DNA from: Candidatus Saccharimonadales bacterium
GTDB taxonomy: Bacteria; Chloroflexota; Limnocylindria; P2-11E
Direction of reading: 5' to 3'
Length of the DNA: 64,000 bases
Assembly: GCA_035493615.1 (NCBI GenBank)
Contig: DATJHW010000082.1
Location: forward strand, 766-64,765
Every line of letters begins with the position of its first letter. The stretch's first letter is position 1. The notes below the pieces were generated by a model. It did no database searches and was not told the DNA's origin. It saw only the letters and a program-made list of their open reading frames with translations. Both the position numbers and the translations under genes were made by a program. Below, one piece after another: positions 8,868 to 18,699 of this stretch.

Positions 8868-9329
8868 TCACCGCGCGTCGTGCGATGAGGAGATGTCCGC
8901 GACCGTCGCTCGTGAGAGGCGTACGAGGTCGGCCGGGGCGATCGGGAAGACCGCGTCGGGCAGGCCCGCCGCGGCCCACACGGTCGGGTGCTCGAGCAGG
9001 CCCGGGTCGACGATGACCCGGAGCTCCGCGGCGTGGCCGAAAGGCGGCACTCCCCCGATCGCATAGCCGGTCGCGCTCTTCGCTTCGTCGGCGGTCGCGC
9101 GCCGCACCGCGGACACGCCGAGAGCGTTCCGGAGCTTCGGCTCGTCGACGCGATCTGCGCCGGAGCACAGCACGACGACCGGCGCGCCGTCGGCCAGGAA
9201 CACCAGGCTCTTCACGATCTCCGCCACGGTGCAGCCGATCTCCCGGGCGGCGTCCTGCGCCGTGCGGGTCGTGGATGGGAAGCGCGTGACCGCCAGCTCG
9301 AGACCGTGCTCGGCGGCGTGCGCGCTCAC
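8868..9329 (-). CDS. YbaK/EbsC-type aminoacyl-tRNA deacylase domain protein
   Basis: ORF 8868..9431, trimmed to GTG 9329 because the longer form overlaps the upstream gene by 79 nt with a low-complexity N-terminus. EIVKSLVF...GYAIGGVPPFGH is typical of the YbaK family. Confidence 0.7.
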   Translation of the reverse strand: MSAHAAEHGLELAVTRFPSTTRTAQDAAREIGCTVAEIVKSLVFLADGAPVVVLCSGADRVDEPKLRNALGVSAVRRATADEAKSATGYAIGGVPPFGHAAELRVIVDPGLLEHPTVWAAAGLPDAVFPIAPADLVRLSRATVADISSSHDAR

Positions 9330-9352
9330 CCGCGCGACGTTGGGATGCCCGG

Positions 9353-11617
9353 CTATCGGACGAGCTTCGCGAGCGCCCGGATGACCCTCGTCGGCAGCAG
9401 CGTCACGAAGATCCGCGCGGCCTTCCGCCATGCGGCCGCTGCCGCGTCGCGCTCCGCGTCCGTCGCTCCGGTCGGTGAGTAGCGGTCCTGGACGCGGGCC
9501 CGCGCGATCGTCTGCATCGGCTCATGGACGTCCGGGATCTCGCGGCCGATCGCGTCGGCGTACTCGTATGGCGTCTGCGACGGCCGGGCGGCGTGGCCGG
9601 CGTACGCGCCGAGGAGCCGGGACTTGCCCCAGGCGGAGTCGATGGTGCCGAGGCCGCGGAACCGCATCTCGAAGCGGACGAGGCCGACGAACAGCGCGAG
9701 GAGCAAGGCCGAGAGCACCGCGAGGCCGGGCCGCGGATCGACCGACTTGCCCAGATCGCCGCCGAGGCCGCTGGGCGGCGTGTCGTCGACGCCGCCGATG
9801 CCCGGGTCGGGCTCGGTGTCGCGGCCGAGGAGGCCGGAGCTGTCCTCACGACCCGTCTTCGGCGAGCCATCCGGATTCGTCGTCCCGGTGTCCGTGGTCT
9901 CGGCCCGGTCGAACGGCAGCTCGGACGGAGTCGGCTCGAACTCGATCCAGCCGTACGACGGGAAGTACGCCTCGACCCACGCGTGCGCATTCAGCTCACG
10001 CACCGCGTACCGGTTGCTCGGATCGAGCTCGCCGGAGGTGAAGCCTTCGACGACGCGCGCGGGTACTCCGACCTCGCGGAGCATGACCGCCATCGACGAC
10101 GCGAAGTACTCGCAGAAGTCGGCTTTCAGGTCGAACAGGAAGTAGTCCACCGGGTCGCGGCCGGCGGGCGCGGACTTCACGACGGTCGAGTACTTGTACG
10201 TGTTCCGCAGGTACGTCTCGACGGCCTCGGCCTTGTCGTACGCGGTGGCCTTGTTCTGGGTGATCTGGATCGCCAGGTCACGCACCCGGGCGGGGATGCT
10301 CGACGGCAGCTGCAGGTACTTGGTCTTGATCGTGGTCGGGTACGCGGTGAGCGCCTTGCGCAGCTCGTCCTTCGTCGCGACCGATACGTAGGACGTGGTC
10401 GTGTACGTGCCTTCGGCCTGATTGCGGTTGACGGCCCGCACGGAGGTCGAGTAGGCGCGGTCGTCGCCCGTCTGGAACTGGAACGGTACGTTCACCTTGG
10501 CCGGCTCGTTCGCGCCGAACAGCAGGTTCGTGTGCGGCACGACGATCTCAAAGGTCGCATCCATCTTCTCGCGCTCGAGCGTCGGCGGGGTCACCTTGTC
10601 GACGCGATCGGTCTCCGTGGTGCGCCAGCCGGCGCCGGTGTAGAAGTCGTAGGTCACGGCCCGCCAGAAGTGGGCCGCCGGCGCGTCGACGTAGAAGACG
10701 ATCCGATCGCCGAGGTTCGGCGCCTGGCCGAGGCGGATCGAATCGGAGAACGAAACGCCCTGAAGGCGGCTCGGCCCGGAGACCCCGGCGAAGAAGCGCT
10801 GCCACTCCGTCTGCAGGCGCTGGTACGGCGCGTCGAACGTGTTGAACGCGTTCGAGACGAGGTCCGCCGCGCCGACACGCGGCGTGAAGAAGGCCATGAG
10901 GATCAGCACGAGGGTCCAGGTCAGCCCGCCGCGAAGCAGCCGCCAGTCCATCTCGCCGGCGGGCACGATGTTCTGACGCTCCCAGCGCTCCATCAGGTTG
11001 ACGATGTGCAGCCGCGTGAGCAGGACCAGCGCGAGGAGCGTGAACAGGATCAGGTCGAAGTAGAGCGAGGTGAGCGCGAGCGACACATTCACCGTCAGGC
11101 AGATGCCGCTGAACACGACGGCGTCCCACGGCCGGTGCTCGCGTGCGAGCGCGAACGCGCCGAGGTAGGCGCTGGCCCAGCAGGTCCCCCCGAGCAGCAG
11201 CACGAAGACCGAGGGGTCGTTCGCCGATTCGCCGGCGATGATCTGGGTCACCCAGTTGTTCACATGGACCGCGAGGTCGACCGTCTTGTCGTGCAGCGAC
11301 GTCCCGTTCGTCGCGACGATCGTGAAGATCACGACGGTCAGCGCGCCGGCGATCGCGCCGAGCAACGTCGAGCGTCGAGCGCGCATCCGCCCGTTGCCGA
11401 CGATCGTGCCGAGCAGCGCGCCGGCGAGCGCGATGTAGGTGAACTGCGCGTTCAGGTCGACCCACCCGGCCTGCGCGAGCGAAGCCGGGTAGATGAGGAT
11501 CATGACCAGGTAGATCGGGAGCCCCGCCCAGCCGCCGCGGAAGTGCAGCTTGCGCAGGTCCATGGGCGGGAACAGCGACCGGCGGACGGAGCCGAGGAAC
11601 AGCTCAGGCGATCGCAT
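9353..11617 (-). CDS. Transglutaminase-like membrane protein (TgpA-type: polytopic N-terminus plus transglutaminase core)
   Basis: 754 aa. Cys-His-Asp core: DFCEYFASSMAVMLREVGVPARVVEGF...NAHAWVEAYFPSYGWIEFEPT. Multiple N-terminal TM helices. Confidence 0.85.
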   Translation of the reverse strand: MRSPELFLGSVRRSLFPPMDLRKLHFRGGWAGLPIYLVMILIYPASLAQAGWVDLNAQFTYIALAGALLGTIVGNGRMRARRSTLLGAIAGALTVVIFTIVATNGTSLHDKTVDLAVHVNNWVTQIIAGESANDPSVFVLLLGGTCWASAYLGAFALAREHRPWDAVVFSGICLTVNVSLALTSLYFDLILFTLLALVLLTRLHIVNLMERWERQNIVPAGEMDWRLLRGGLTWTLVLILMAFFTPRVGAADLVSNAFNTFDAPYQRLQTEWQRFFAGVSGPSRLQGVSFSDSIRLGQAPNLGDRIVFYVDAPAAHFWRAVTYDFYTGAGWRTTETDRVDKVTPPTLEREKMDATFEIVVPHTNLLFGANEPAKVNVPFQFQTGDDRAYSTSVRAVNRNQAEGTYTTTSYVSVATKDELRKALTAYPTTIKTKYLQLPSSIPARVRDLAIQITQNKATAYDKAEAVETYLRNTYKYSTVVKSAPAGRDPVDYFLFDLKADFCEYFASSMAVMLREVGVPARVVEGFTSGELDPSNRYAVRELNAHAWVEAYFPSYGWIEFEPTPSELPFDRAETTDTGTTNPDGSPKTGREDSSGLLGRDTEPDPGIGGVDDTPPSGLGGDLGKSVDPRPGLAVLSALLLALFVGLVRFEMRFRGLGTIDSAWGKSRLLGAYAGHAARPSQTPYEYADAIGREIPDVHEPMQTIARARVQDRYSPTGATDAERDAAAAAWRKAARIFVTLLPTRVIRALAKLVR

Positions 11618-12812
11618 TCATCGCCTCGTGGAAGAGATCCTCGATGTTCATCTCCGGCAGCAGGTGCGCGGTCTTGACCCCGGCGACCGCGAGCTCGCCC
11701 AGGAGCGCGTGGCGCCGGGCGCGATCGCGGTCATCGGTGTCCTCTGATCCGACGAGGACCGCCTGCGTCGAGATCGACGATTCGCGGAACGTGCTCGCCG
11801 GGCGCACCCACGCGCGGTCGAGCGAGGGCGTGATCAACAGGACCGAGGCGCCGCGGCGGATACGGGGGAGCGTCTCGACCATGACCTCGGCGATCGTGCG
11901 CGACCCACCCACCTGCACCTCGGCGAGGTACTGCATGAGCTTGCCGAATTGTTTCGTCCCGCGGTCCGGGTGGAGGATGTCGGCCCGCACTCCGGTCGTC
12001 ACCAGGCCGACGTTCCGGTGCTCCCGGAGGGCCTTCGACACGACCGAGGCCGCCACCGTGACCGCGCGCTCCTCCGTCGAGCGCTCCCCTTCGCCGCGAT
12101 GCCAATGGCGTTCGAGGTCGAGGTAGATCCACAGGTCGGCGGTCTTGTCGAGCTCGAACTCCTTCACGTAGAGCCCGCGGTGCCGGACCGACGAGGGCCA
12201 GTGAATGCGATTCATCGCGTCGCCCGCGCGGTAGTCGCGGATGCCCATGACCATCGAGGTCGACTGCAGCGAACGCTGCCCGGTGAGGACGTTCCCCTCG
12301 AGGAACGATCCGGGAAGCTGCCAGAACGGCAGCGGGAGCACCTTGGGATACACGAGGACGAGCGCGTCCAGCGGGATCCGAGCGACCGTCGAGAACAACC
12401 CGAACGGGTCGCCCGAGCGCAACACGATCGGCCCGAGGTGGAAGCGGCCGCGGCGGAGCGCCGGCACGCTGACCTTCCAGCGCCGCACGGTGCCCCGGCC
12501 GGCGATCGACAGGACGCGCCCGGTGAGCGGCTCCGGCCAGTTCGAGGTCTCGCTCACTTCGACCCAGAGCTTCCCGAGCCGGTGGTCGTTCCGCAGCTCG
12601 TAGTTGAGGTCGATCTTGTCGCCGAGGTGGGCGTACGCCTGGCCGACGGTCCGTTTCACCGACAGGCCCTCGAGCGTCAGCCGGGCGGTGACCCACATCG
12701 CCGCGCCGACGAACAACAGGAGGTACGCGAGGTAGCTGAGGAGCTCCACACCGCTCGAGATCGCGGCGATGAAGAGCCCGACCCAGAGGACCGCGAAGTG
12801 CCAGGGCCGCAT
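11604..12812 (-). CDS. DUF58 domain protein (MoxR-associated, vWA-like)
   Basis: IRDYRAGDAMNRIHWPSSVRHRGLYVKEFE, the DUF58 hallmark. Sits between the MoxR and transglutaminase genes. Confidence 0.85.
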   Translation of the reverse strand: MRPWHFAVLWVGLFIAAISSGVELLSYLAYLLLFVGAAMWVTARLTLEGLSVKRTVGQAYAHLGDKIDLNYELRNDHRLGKLWVEVSETSNWPEPLTGRVLSIAGRGTVRRWKVSVPALRRGRFHLGPIVLRSGDPFGLFSTVARIPLDALVLVYPKVLPLPFWQLPGSFLEGNVLTGQRSLQSTSMVMGIRDYRAGDAMNRIHWPSSVRHRGLYVKEFELDKTADLWIYLDLERHWHRGEGERSTEERAVTVAASVVSKALREHRNVGLVTTGVRADILHPDRGTKQFGKLMQYLAEVQVGGSRTIAEVMVETLPRIRRGASVLLITPSLDRAWVRPASTFRESSISTQAVLVGSEDTDDRDRARRHALLGELAVAGVKTAHLLPEMNIEDLFHEAMNAIA

Positions 12813-12816
12813 GGAC

Positions 12817-13836
12817 CTAGGCCCGCAACGCGGCCGGCGAACCGACCTCCACCGGCACGCTCGCCAGGACCTCGGCGATGACCGTGGTCTGCGCGAGGTC
12901 CTTCAACCGCGCCTGTGGCTGGAGGATCAAGCGGTGCGCGAGCGTCGGGCCGGCGAGGGCCTTCACGTCGTCCGGCACGACGTAGTCACGGCCGCGGACC
13001 GCCGCGTAGGCCTGCGCCGCGCGCGCGAGCGCGAGCGAGCCGCGGGGCGATGCGCCGAGATACACGTCCGGGTGCGACCGCGTCGCGCCGACGACCGCGA
13101 CGACGTACTGCTTCACGGCTTCGGCGAGATGCACGTCGCGGACGCCGGCCTGCGCCGCCACGAGCTCGTCGGCGGTCATGACCTGGCCGAGGCTGTCGAG
13201 CGGGTGATGGACGCGCTGCGCGTCCAGGATGTCGACCTCCTCCTTCGGCTTCGGGTACCCGAGCTGCAGCCGGATGAAGAACCGGTCGAGCTGCGCTTCC
13301 GGCAACGGGAACGTGCCTTCGTACTCGATCGGGTTCTGGGTCGCCATCACCAGGAACGGGTCGGGCAGCTGGTAGGTGGTCCCGTCGACGGTGACCTGAC
13401 GCTCCTCCATCGCCTCGAGCAGCGCGGACTGGGTCTTGGGCGTCGCGCGGTTGATCTCGTCGGCGAGGACGATCTGGCTCATGACCGGTCCAGCGCGGAA
13501 CTCGAACGTATTGCGCTGCTGGTTGAAGATCGAGACGCCGGTCACGTCGGAGGGCAGGAGGTCGGGGGTGAACTGGATGCGCCGGAAGCTGCAGCCCAGG
13601 GACCGGCTGAACGCCTTGGCGAGGACCGTTTTTCCGGTCCCGGGAACATCCTCGATGAGGATGTGCCCGCGGCACAGGAGCGCGACGAAGGCCAGCTCGA
13701 CCTCGTGGTGCTTCCCGAAGATGACCCGCTCGACGTTCTCGACCACACCGGCGACCTGCCGGGAGAGCGCAGTGCTGTCCAAGCGAATTTCCCCCTGAAA
13801 CCCCGTCTCCGGTCTAGATGGTACGGGCCGGGCCAC
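12817..13836 (-). CDS. MoxR-family AAA+ ATPase
   Basis: Walker [10 protein letters not shown] and Walker [32 protein letters not shown] is typical of MoxR. Confidence 0.9.
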   Translation of the reverse strand: MARPVPSRPETGFQGEIRLDSTALSRQVAGVVENVERVIFGKHHEVELAFVALLCRGHILIEDVPGTGKTVLAKAFSRSLGCSFRRIQFTPDLLPSDVTGVSIFNQQRNTFEFRAGPVMSQIVLADEINRATPKTQSALLEAMEERQVTVDGTTYQLPDPFLVMATQNPIEYEGTFPLPEAQLDRFFIRLQLGYPKPKEEVDILDAQRVHHPLDSLGQVMTADELVAAQAGVRDVHLAEAVKQYVVAVVGATRSHPDVYLGASPRGSLALARAAQAYAAVRGRDYVVPDDVKALAGPTLAHRLILQPQARLKDLAQTTVIAEVLASVPVEVGSPAALRA

Positions 13837-13911
13837 GGTGCCCGTTCCTCTTAGAACGTCTCAACGGGCCGGACGGTTCAATCAGTACTGCCGCGGCCCC
13901 CCGGCGGTTCC

Positions 13912-15351
13912 CTAATGGCCGAGGGCGGCCTTCATCACGGCACCACCGAGCGGAGCCGCATCGACCCCGCCCTGGCCGGCGTTCTCGATGATCACCGCGA
14001 CCGCGATCTGGGGGTCATCGGCCGGAGCGAATCCGACGAACCAGCCGTGGGGGGAGCCGGCGGGGTTCTCCGCGGTGCCCGTCTTTCCCGCCACGTGAAC
14101 GCCGGCGATCTTCGCACCGAAGGCGAACGCGCCCGGCGCCTCGACCGCCTGGACGAGATAGGTCGTGAGCTTGGCTGCCGTGGCCGCGCTGATGATCTGG
14201 TCACCCGCTCCACCGCCGACCGTACGGAGCACACCGCCGGACGAGTCGCGGATCTCGGTCACATAGTGCGGCTGGACCTGCACGCCGTGGTTACCGACCG
14301 TCGCGGCGACCATCGCCATCTGCAGCGGTGACACAAGCAGCTCCCCCTGCCCGTAGCTCGTGTCCGCGAGCAGCGTCGGCCGGTCGATCGTGCCGCCGTT
14401 GGAGAGCTGGCCCTTCCCCACGGCGAGATCGAGCGCCGGAGCGCTCCCGACGCCGAACTTCCTGGCCATATCGCCCAGCTTCTGCGCGCCGATCGTCAGG
14501 CCGACCTTCGCGAAGTAGATGTTCTCGCTGCGCTGGAACGCGAGCGACATGTCGAAGTCGCCATGGGCCTGCGACGACGATCGCACGAAGTAATCGCCCC
14601 ACGACTTGTCGGCCTGGTACGGATCGTCGACGCGGATCTTCTGGTTCGGATCGAACCCGCTCTCGAGCGCCGCCGCCGCGGTGATGATCTTCATCGTCGA
14701 ACCGGGCGGGTAGAGGCCCTGCGCGACGCGGTTGATGAGCGGCTTGTCGGAGGCGGCGTTGAGCTGGCCCCACGCGGCGTCCTGTTGGGCCGGATCGACG
14801 AGCGCGTTCGCGTCGTAGTTCGGCAGGCTCACGGATGCCAGGATCCGGCCGGTCTTCGGATCGAGCGCGACGATCGCTCCACGCCGGCCCCCGAGCGCCG
14901 CGACGGCCGCGGCCTGCACCTTCGGGTCGATGCCGAGGACGACGGAGCCCGGCTCGGTGCGCTCGCCGAGGTAGCGCGCCTTCCACTGGCCGAGGAGGTC
15001 CGAGGGATCCTGGCCGATGAGCGATTCCTGGTAGGCGCCCTCGACCCCCGACGCGCCGTACTTGAACGACGCGTAGCCGAGCACCTGCGCCAGGGAGCGA
15101 TCGGAGTACTTCCGCCGGTACGCGTCGCCATCCCGCACCGACTCGGCGAGCACCCGGCCCGAGGAATCCACGATCTTCCCGCGCGGCCGATCGCGCACCG
15201 CCGCGATCAGACGGGGATTGAACGGATCCGCATTGAGATCCGAAGCGGCGACGATCGACCAGTAGCCGACCCCAACGGACGTCACGAGGAACGCGATCGC
15301 GATCGTGAGGGTCAGCCGACGGATGTTGGCCGCGATGGTTCGCTGACTCAC
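13912..15351 (-). CDS. pbpA: Class B penicillin-binding protein / peptidoglycan D,D-transpeptidase (PbpA-like)
   Basis: N-terminal TM anchor, STMK (SxxK), RSEN (SxN-like) and KTGTA (KTG) motifs. Lies downstream of rodA. Confidence 0.85.
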   Translation of the reverse strand: MSQRTIAANIRRLTLTIAIAFLVTSVGVGYWSIVAASDLNADPFNPRLIAAVRDRPRGKIVDSSGRVLAESVRDGDAYRRKYSDRSLAQVLGYASFKYGASGVEGAYQESLIGQDPSDLLGQWKARYLGERTEPGSVVLGIDPKVQAAAVAALGGRRGAIVALDPKTGRILASVSLPNYDANALVDPAQQDAAWGQLNAASDKPLINRVAQGLYPPGSTMKIITAAAALESGFDPNQKIRVDDPYQADKSWGDYFVRSSSQAHGDFDMSLAFQRSENIYFAKVGLTIGAQKLGDMARKFGVGSAPALDLAVGKGQLSNGGTIDRPTLLADTSYGQGELLVSPLQMAMVAATVGNHGVQVQPHYVTEIRDSSGGVLRTVGGGAGDQIISAATAAKLTTYLVQAVEAPGAFAFGAKIAGVHVAGKTGTAENPAGSPHGWFVGFAPADDPQIAVAVIIENAGQGGVDAAPLGGAVMKAALGH

Positions 15352-15418
15352 GGCGAAGGACGACCACGGAGCACGTGGGGTGTGCGGTCGTGGCGGCTGG
15401 CGGGCGGCTCACGCCCGC

Positions 15419-16714
15419 TCACCGTCGCACCCGCGCCGTGATGTCGCTCACGCGAAGCAACAGCGCGCAGAGCATGAAGTTCGTGACCAGTGACGAGCCG
15501 CCGTAGGCCACGAACGGCAAGGTGATGCCGGTGAGCGGGATGAGCTTGGCGTTGCCACCGACGATGACGAGCGTCTGGAACGCCACGATGAACGACAGGC
15601 CGGCCGCGAGCAGCTGCAGGAAGGTCGTCGGCGCCCGGAGCGCGATGAGCATGCCGCGGTACACGAAGACGAGGTAGAAGGCCAGGAGCGCGAGCGCCCC
15701 GATGAACCCCACCTCCTCGGTGAACGCGTCGAACACGAAGTCGCTCCACACCACCGGGATGCGCTCCGGCATGCCCGCGCCGAGGCCCGCGCCGAAGAGG
15801 CCGGCGTTGCCCAGCGAGAAGAGCCCCTGCGTGAGCTGGTACGCCTGGTCGAACCGCAGATCGCTGTTGAACGGCGCGAGCCACACGTCGACGCGCGCCG
15901 CGACGTGCGCGAACGCGTGGTACGCGACGAAGCCGCCGCCGACCAGGAGCACCAGGCCGATCGCGACGTAGAAGGGCTCGCCCGTCGCGAGGTACAGCAT
16001 CGCGAGGAAGATCCCGAAGAAGAGCAGTGTGGCCCCGAGGTCCTTTTCGAACACCATGACGAGCATGGCCACGAGCCACATCGCGACGATCGGCAACAGG
16101 TACGGGACCGGCGGCACGGGGATCGGGCCGAATCGCCGGGGCGGGGTGGACAGCATCTCGCGGTACTCCTCGAGGTACGCCGCGAAGAAGATCACGAGGG
16201 CGATCTTCACGAGCTCCCAGGGCTCGAACTGCGCGAGGCCCGTGATGCCGACCCAGATGCGCGCACCGTTGATCTCGCGGCCGACGAACGGCAGCAGGGG
16301 CGAGACCAGGAGGAGCACCCCGACGAGCGCCCACGTGTACTTGAACCGGGCGAGCACCGAGAGGTCGCGCGGGATGAGGATCGTGACGCAGAAGGCGCCC
16401 GCCGCGATGACCAGCCACGTGAGCTGCTGCAGCAGCAGCGTCGGCGCGAGGCGCTCGACCAGCACGAATCCGATCCCGGTCAACCCGACCGCCAGCGGCA
16501 TGAGCAGCTGATCGCCGCGGAATCCGATCGAGACGAGGAAGACGTGGAGCAGGCCGAAGACCGCGAGGACCGCGACCGGGACGGCGATCTCGTACCACGC
16601 GAACCGGCCGGAGGCCGCGGCCACCACGGCGACGTAGCCGACGAGGCTGAGCGCCGCGACCCAGATGAGGAGCCGGAGCTCCGCAAGCCGGGCGACGGGG
16701 CGGACGCGGATCAT
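15419..16714 (-). CDS. rodA: FtsW/RodA/SpoVE (SEDS) family peptidoglycan polymerase
   Basis: ORF 15419..16846, trimmed to the ATG at 16714, which forms an ATGA overlap with the upstream FHA gene. About 10 TM helices and a conserved C-terminal region (LPFVAYGGSSL). Confidence 0.85.
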   Translation of the reverse strand: MIRVRPVARLAELRLLIWVAALSLVGYVAVVAAASGRFAWYEIAVPVAVLAVFGLLHVFLVSIGFRGDQLLMPLAVGLTGIGFVLVERLAPTLLLQQLTWLVIAAGAFCVTILIPRDLSVLARFKYTWALVGVLLLVSPLLPFVGREINGARIWVGITGLAQFEPWELVKIALVIFFAAYLEEYREMLSTPPRRFGPIPVPPVPYLLPIVAMWLVAMLVMVFEKDLGATLLFFGIFLAMLYLATGEPFYVAIGLVLLVGGGFVAYHAFAHVAARVDVWLAPFNSDLRFDQAYQLTQGLFSLGNAGLFGAGLGAGMPERIPVVWSDFVFDAFTEEVGFIGALALLAFYLVFVYRGMLIALRAPTTFLQLLAAGLSFIVAFQTLVIVGGNAKLIPLTGITLPFVAYGGSSLVTNFMLCALLLRVSDITARVRR

Positions 16715-17157
16715 TGGGCGCGCTCGAGACGGAGGGCGATGCGTCCGACGGCGACCTCGTCGCCGTAGTGGAACCGCTCCCGGTCCCAGATGCGCGAGCC
16801 GTTGAGCACCGTGCCGTTCGTGCTCCCGGCGTCCTCGAGCCACCACTCGCCGTCGGCGAAGCTCACGATCGCGTGCTTGGCCGAGGCGGCCTCGTCGTTC
16901 AGCACGATGTCGTTGCCCGCATCGCGGCCGACGCTGGAGACCGCGCGGAGGGGCATCCGCTCACCCACCCGTGGGCCGCCGCCGTGACTGCGTGTGACGA
17001 CGAGCGCGGCGAGCCCGACCTGGCGCGCCGCGACCGCGGTGCGCTCGTCCGCGAGCGCGCGCTGCAGCGCCCGGAAGGATCGGATCAGGAACAGATAGAG
17101 GAGCACGAGGAACGCGATCCGGACCGCCCACAGGATGACGGCGAACGTGATCTCCAT
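16711..17157 (-). CDS. fhaB: Membrane-anchored FHA-domain protein (FhaB/FipA-like)
   Basis: N-terminal TM helix plus a C-terminal FHA domain (VGRDAGNDIVLNDEAASAKHAIV...DAGSTNGTVLNG). Confidence 0.8.
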   Translation of the reverse strand: MEITFAVILWAVRIAFLVLLYLFLIRSFRALQRALADERTAVAARQVGLAALVVTRSHGGGPRVGERMPLRAVSSVGRDAGNDIVLNDEAASAKHAIVSFADGEWWLEDAGSTNGTVLNGSRIWDRERFHYGDEVAVGRIALRLERAQ

Positions 17158-17918
17158 CAGCCCTCGAGGCGGACGAGCAGCTCCGCTCCGCCGATGGTGA
17201 TCCGGTCGTCGTCGGAGAGGACCATCTCCGCGATGCGCCGTCCGTTCACGAACGTGCCGTTCGTGCTCTGCAGGTCGTACAGGGTGTAGCGGCCGAGCCG
17301 CAGGCGGACCTCCGCGTGCCGGCGTGACACGCGCCGGTCGTCGAGAACGATGTCGTTCTTCGGATCGCGGCCCACCGTGATCGGATCGGCCGTGAGCGGC
17401 ACCTCGCGCCGCACGTTGCCCTCGCGCGCGACGATCGCGCCCTGCGGCGCGCGCGGCTTGGCCGCCCGCAGGGCGTCGCGATCGAGGACCATCGTGTGCC
17501 CGGTCTCGACCGCGCCGAGCCGCCCGGGCTCGTTCGCCGGCACCTCCTCGCCGGACGCGTCGACGAGCGCACAGGCGACCCGCAGGTCCCCAGGCGAGAT
17601 GTCCGCGTCCTGCTCGAGCTCGACCGTCGGGTAGGACAGGAGGGTGAAGCTGCGATCCCGCGCGGCGCCGAGGACCGCCTCGGCGAGGTCACGCTCGAGG
17701 CTCCGCTTGTACTGCTCGAACTGGGCGTAGTCCGAGGGCGAAAGGGAGACGAGGTAGCTATTCGGCACGAACGTCTTGGCGAGCGAGATGGTCTGGTGCG
17801 CTTCCATCGCGCGGATCACGCGCTTGGCGATCTGCACCGGTTGCAGCCGCGCGCGGAACAGCCGGGCGCTCCAGCCTTCGATGACCCGGCTGGCCATCGC
17901 TTCGAGCCGCTCAAGCAT
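17157..17918 (-). CDS. fhaA: FhaA-like protein (DUF3662-type N-terminal domain plus C-terminal FHA)
   Basis: MLERLEAMASRVIEGWSARLFRARLQPVQIAKRV... is the FhaA N-domain. The C-terminal FHA is VGRDPKNDIVLDDRRVSRRHAEV...STNGTFVNG. Confidence 0.8.
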   Translation of the reverse strand: MLERLEAMASRVIEGWSARLFRARLQPVQIAKRVIRAMEAHQTISLAKTFVPNSYLVSLSPSDYAQFEQYKRSLERDLAEAVLGAARDRSFTLLSYPTVELEQDADISPGDLRVACALVDASGEEVPANEPGRLGAVETGHTMVLDRDALRAAKPRAPQGAIVAREGNVRREVPLTADPITVGRDPKNDIVLDDRRVSRRHAEVRLRLGRYTLYDLQSTNGTFVNGRRIAEMVLSDDDRITIGGAELLVRLEG

Positions 17919-18699
17919 CGCCGGCTTTCACGACCTCCGCTCCGATGAGGATGATGACCGCTGTCACGTAGATCCAGGTCAACAGTCCGGCAGCGAACGC
18001 GAGCGCACCGTACGCCTCGAAGATCCCGAGGCCGCTCGTGAGGAAGCCGAAGGCGACCTTGGCGACCTCCCAGAGCACGGCCGATACCAGCGCCGCCTGG
18101 CGCGCGGCTCGGCGCCGGACCGGCCGCCTCGGCGCGAACCGGAACACGAGGTAGAAGAACCAGAACCCGAAGCCCAGCCCGACCAGCGGCGAGACGAGCT
18201 GGAAGAGCAGCCGGACGCCCCGAAGGCCGGTACCGACCAGCGCGGCGGCCAGCAGCTGGACCCCGAAGCTCACCGCGAACGAGGCGATGGCGAGGACGAA
18301 CACGAGGATCACGAACAGCGTGCTGTTGAGGCGCTCGCGGACGAACGCGCGACGTCCCTCGCGCCCGAGGATGTGGGACATCGCCGTGTCGATCGATCCG
18401 AGGATGGCCGTGACGGTGAGCAGCGTTCCGGCGAGGCCGAGGCTGAGGGACAGCGCGCGACCCTGCACGAGCTGGCCGACGAGCTTCGTTTCCTGGCCCG
18501 TGGCCGCCGGCAACAGGCCGCCGACGATCCGGGCGAGCTCGAGCTCGGCCTCCTGAGTGCCGTAGATGAAGCCGAAGATGCCGATGATCAGCGCGAGCAG
18601 CGGGATGAGCGCGAAGAAGATCTGGTAGGCGATCGCGCCCGCGAGGAACGGGCCATCGTCGGCGAGAAATCCGCCGACGACCCGGCGCGCGATGGTCAG
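17911..18699 (-). CDS. YihY/BrkB-family membrane protein; start uncertain (the only canonical start is GTG 18975; CTG 18699 proposed)
   Basis: LAGAIAYQIFFALIPLLALIIG... plus about 6 TM helices are typical of YihY. The 85-aa Arg-rich N-terminal extension of track ORF 17911..18975 overlaps fmdB out of frame and has poorer GC3. See the finding. Confidence 0.7.
   Translation of the reverse strand: MTIARRVVGGFLADDGPFLAGAIAYQIFFALIPLLALIIGIFGFIYGTQEAELELARIVGGLLPAATGQETKLVGQLVQGRALSLSLGLAGTLLTVTAILGSIDTAMSHILGREGRRAFVRERLNSTLFVILVFVLAIASFAVSFGVQLLAAALVGTGLRGVRLLFQLVSPLVGLGFGFWFFYLVFRFAPRRPVRRRAARQAALVSAVLWEVAKVAFGFLTSGLGIFEAYGALAFAAGLLTWIYVTAVIILIGAEVVKAGDA

Noticed and set aside
9524-11677. 717-aa plus-strand ORF. 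The same applies to 38294-40438, 49268-51907, 56384-58465, 24104-25735 and 28153-30093.
   Set aside because: All are antisense to well-supported genes (transglutaminase, HK, cyclase, GGDEF, valS, GGDEF/HD-GYP). They have Arg/Asp/Gly/Pro-dominated translations with no recognisable motifs, which is typical of open antisense frames in ~70% GC DNA.
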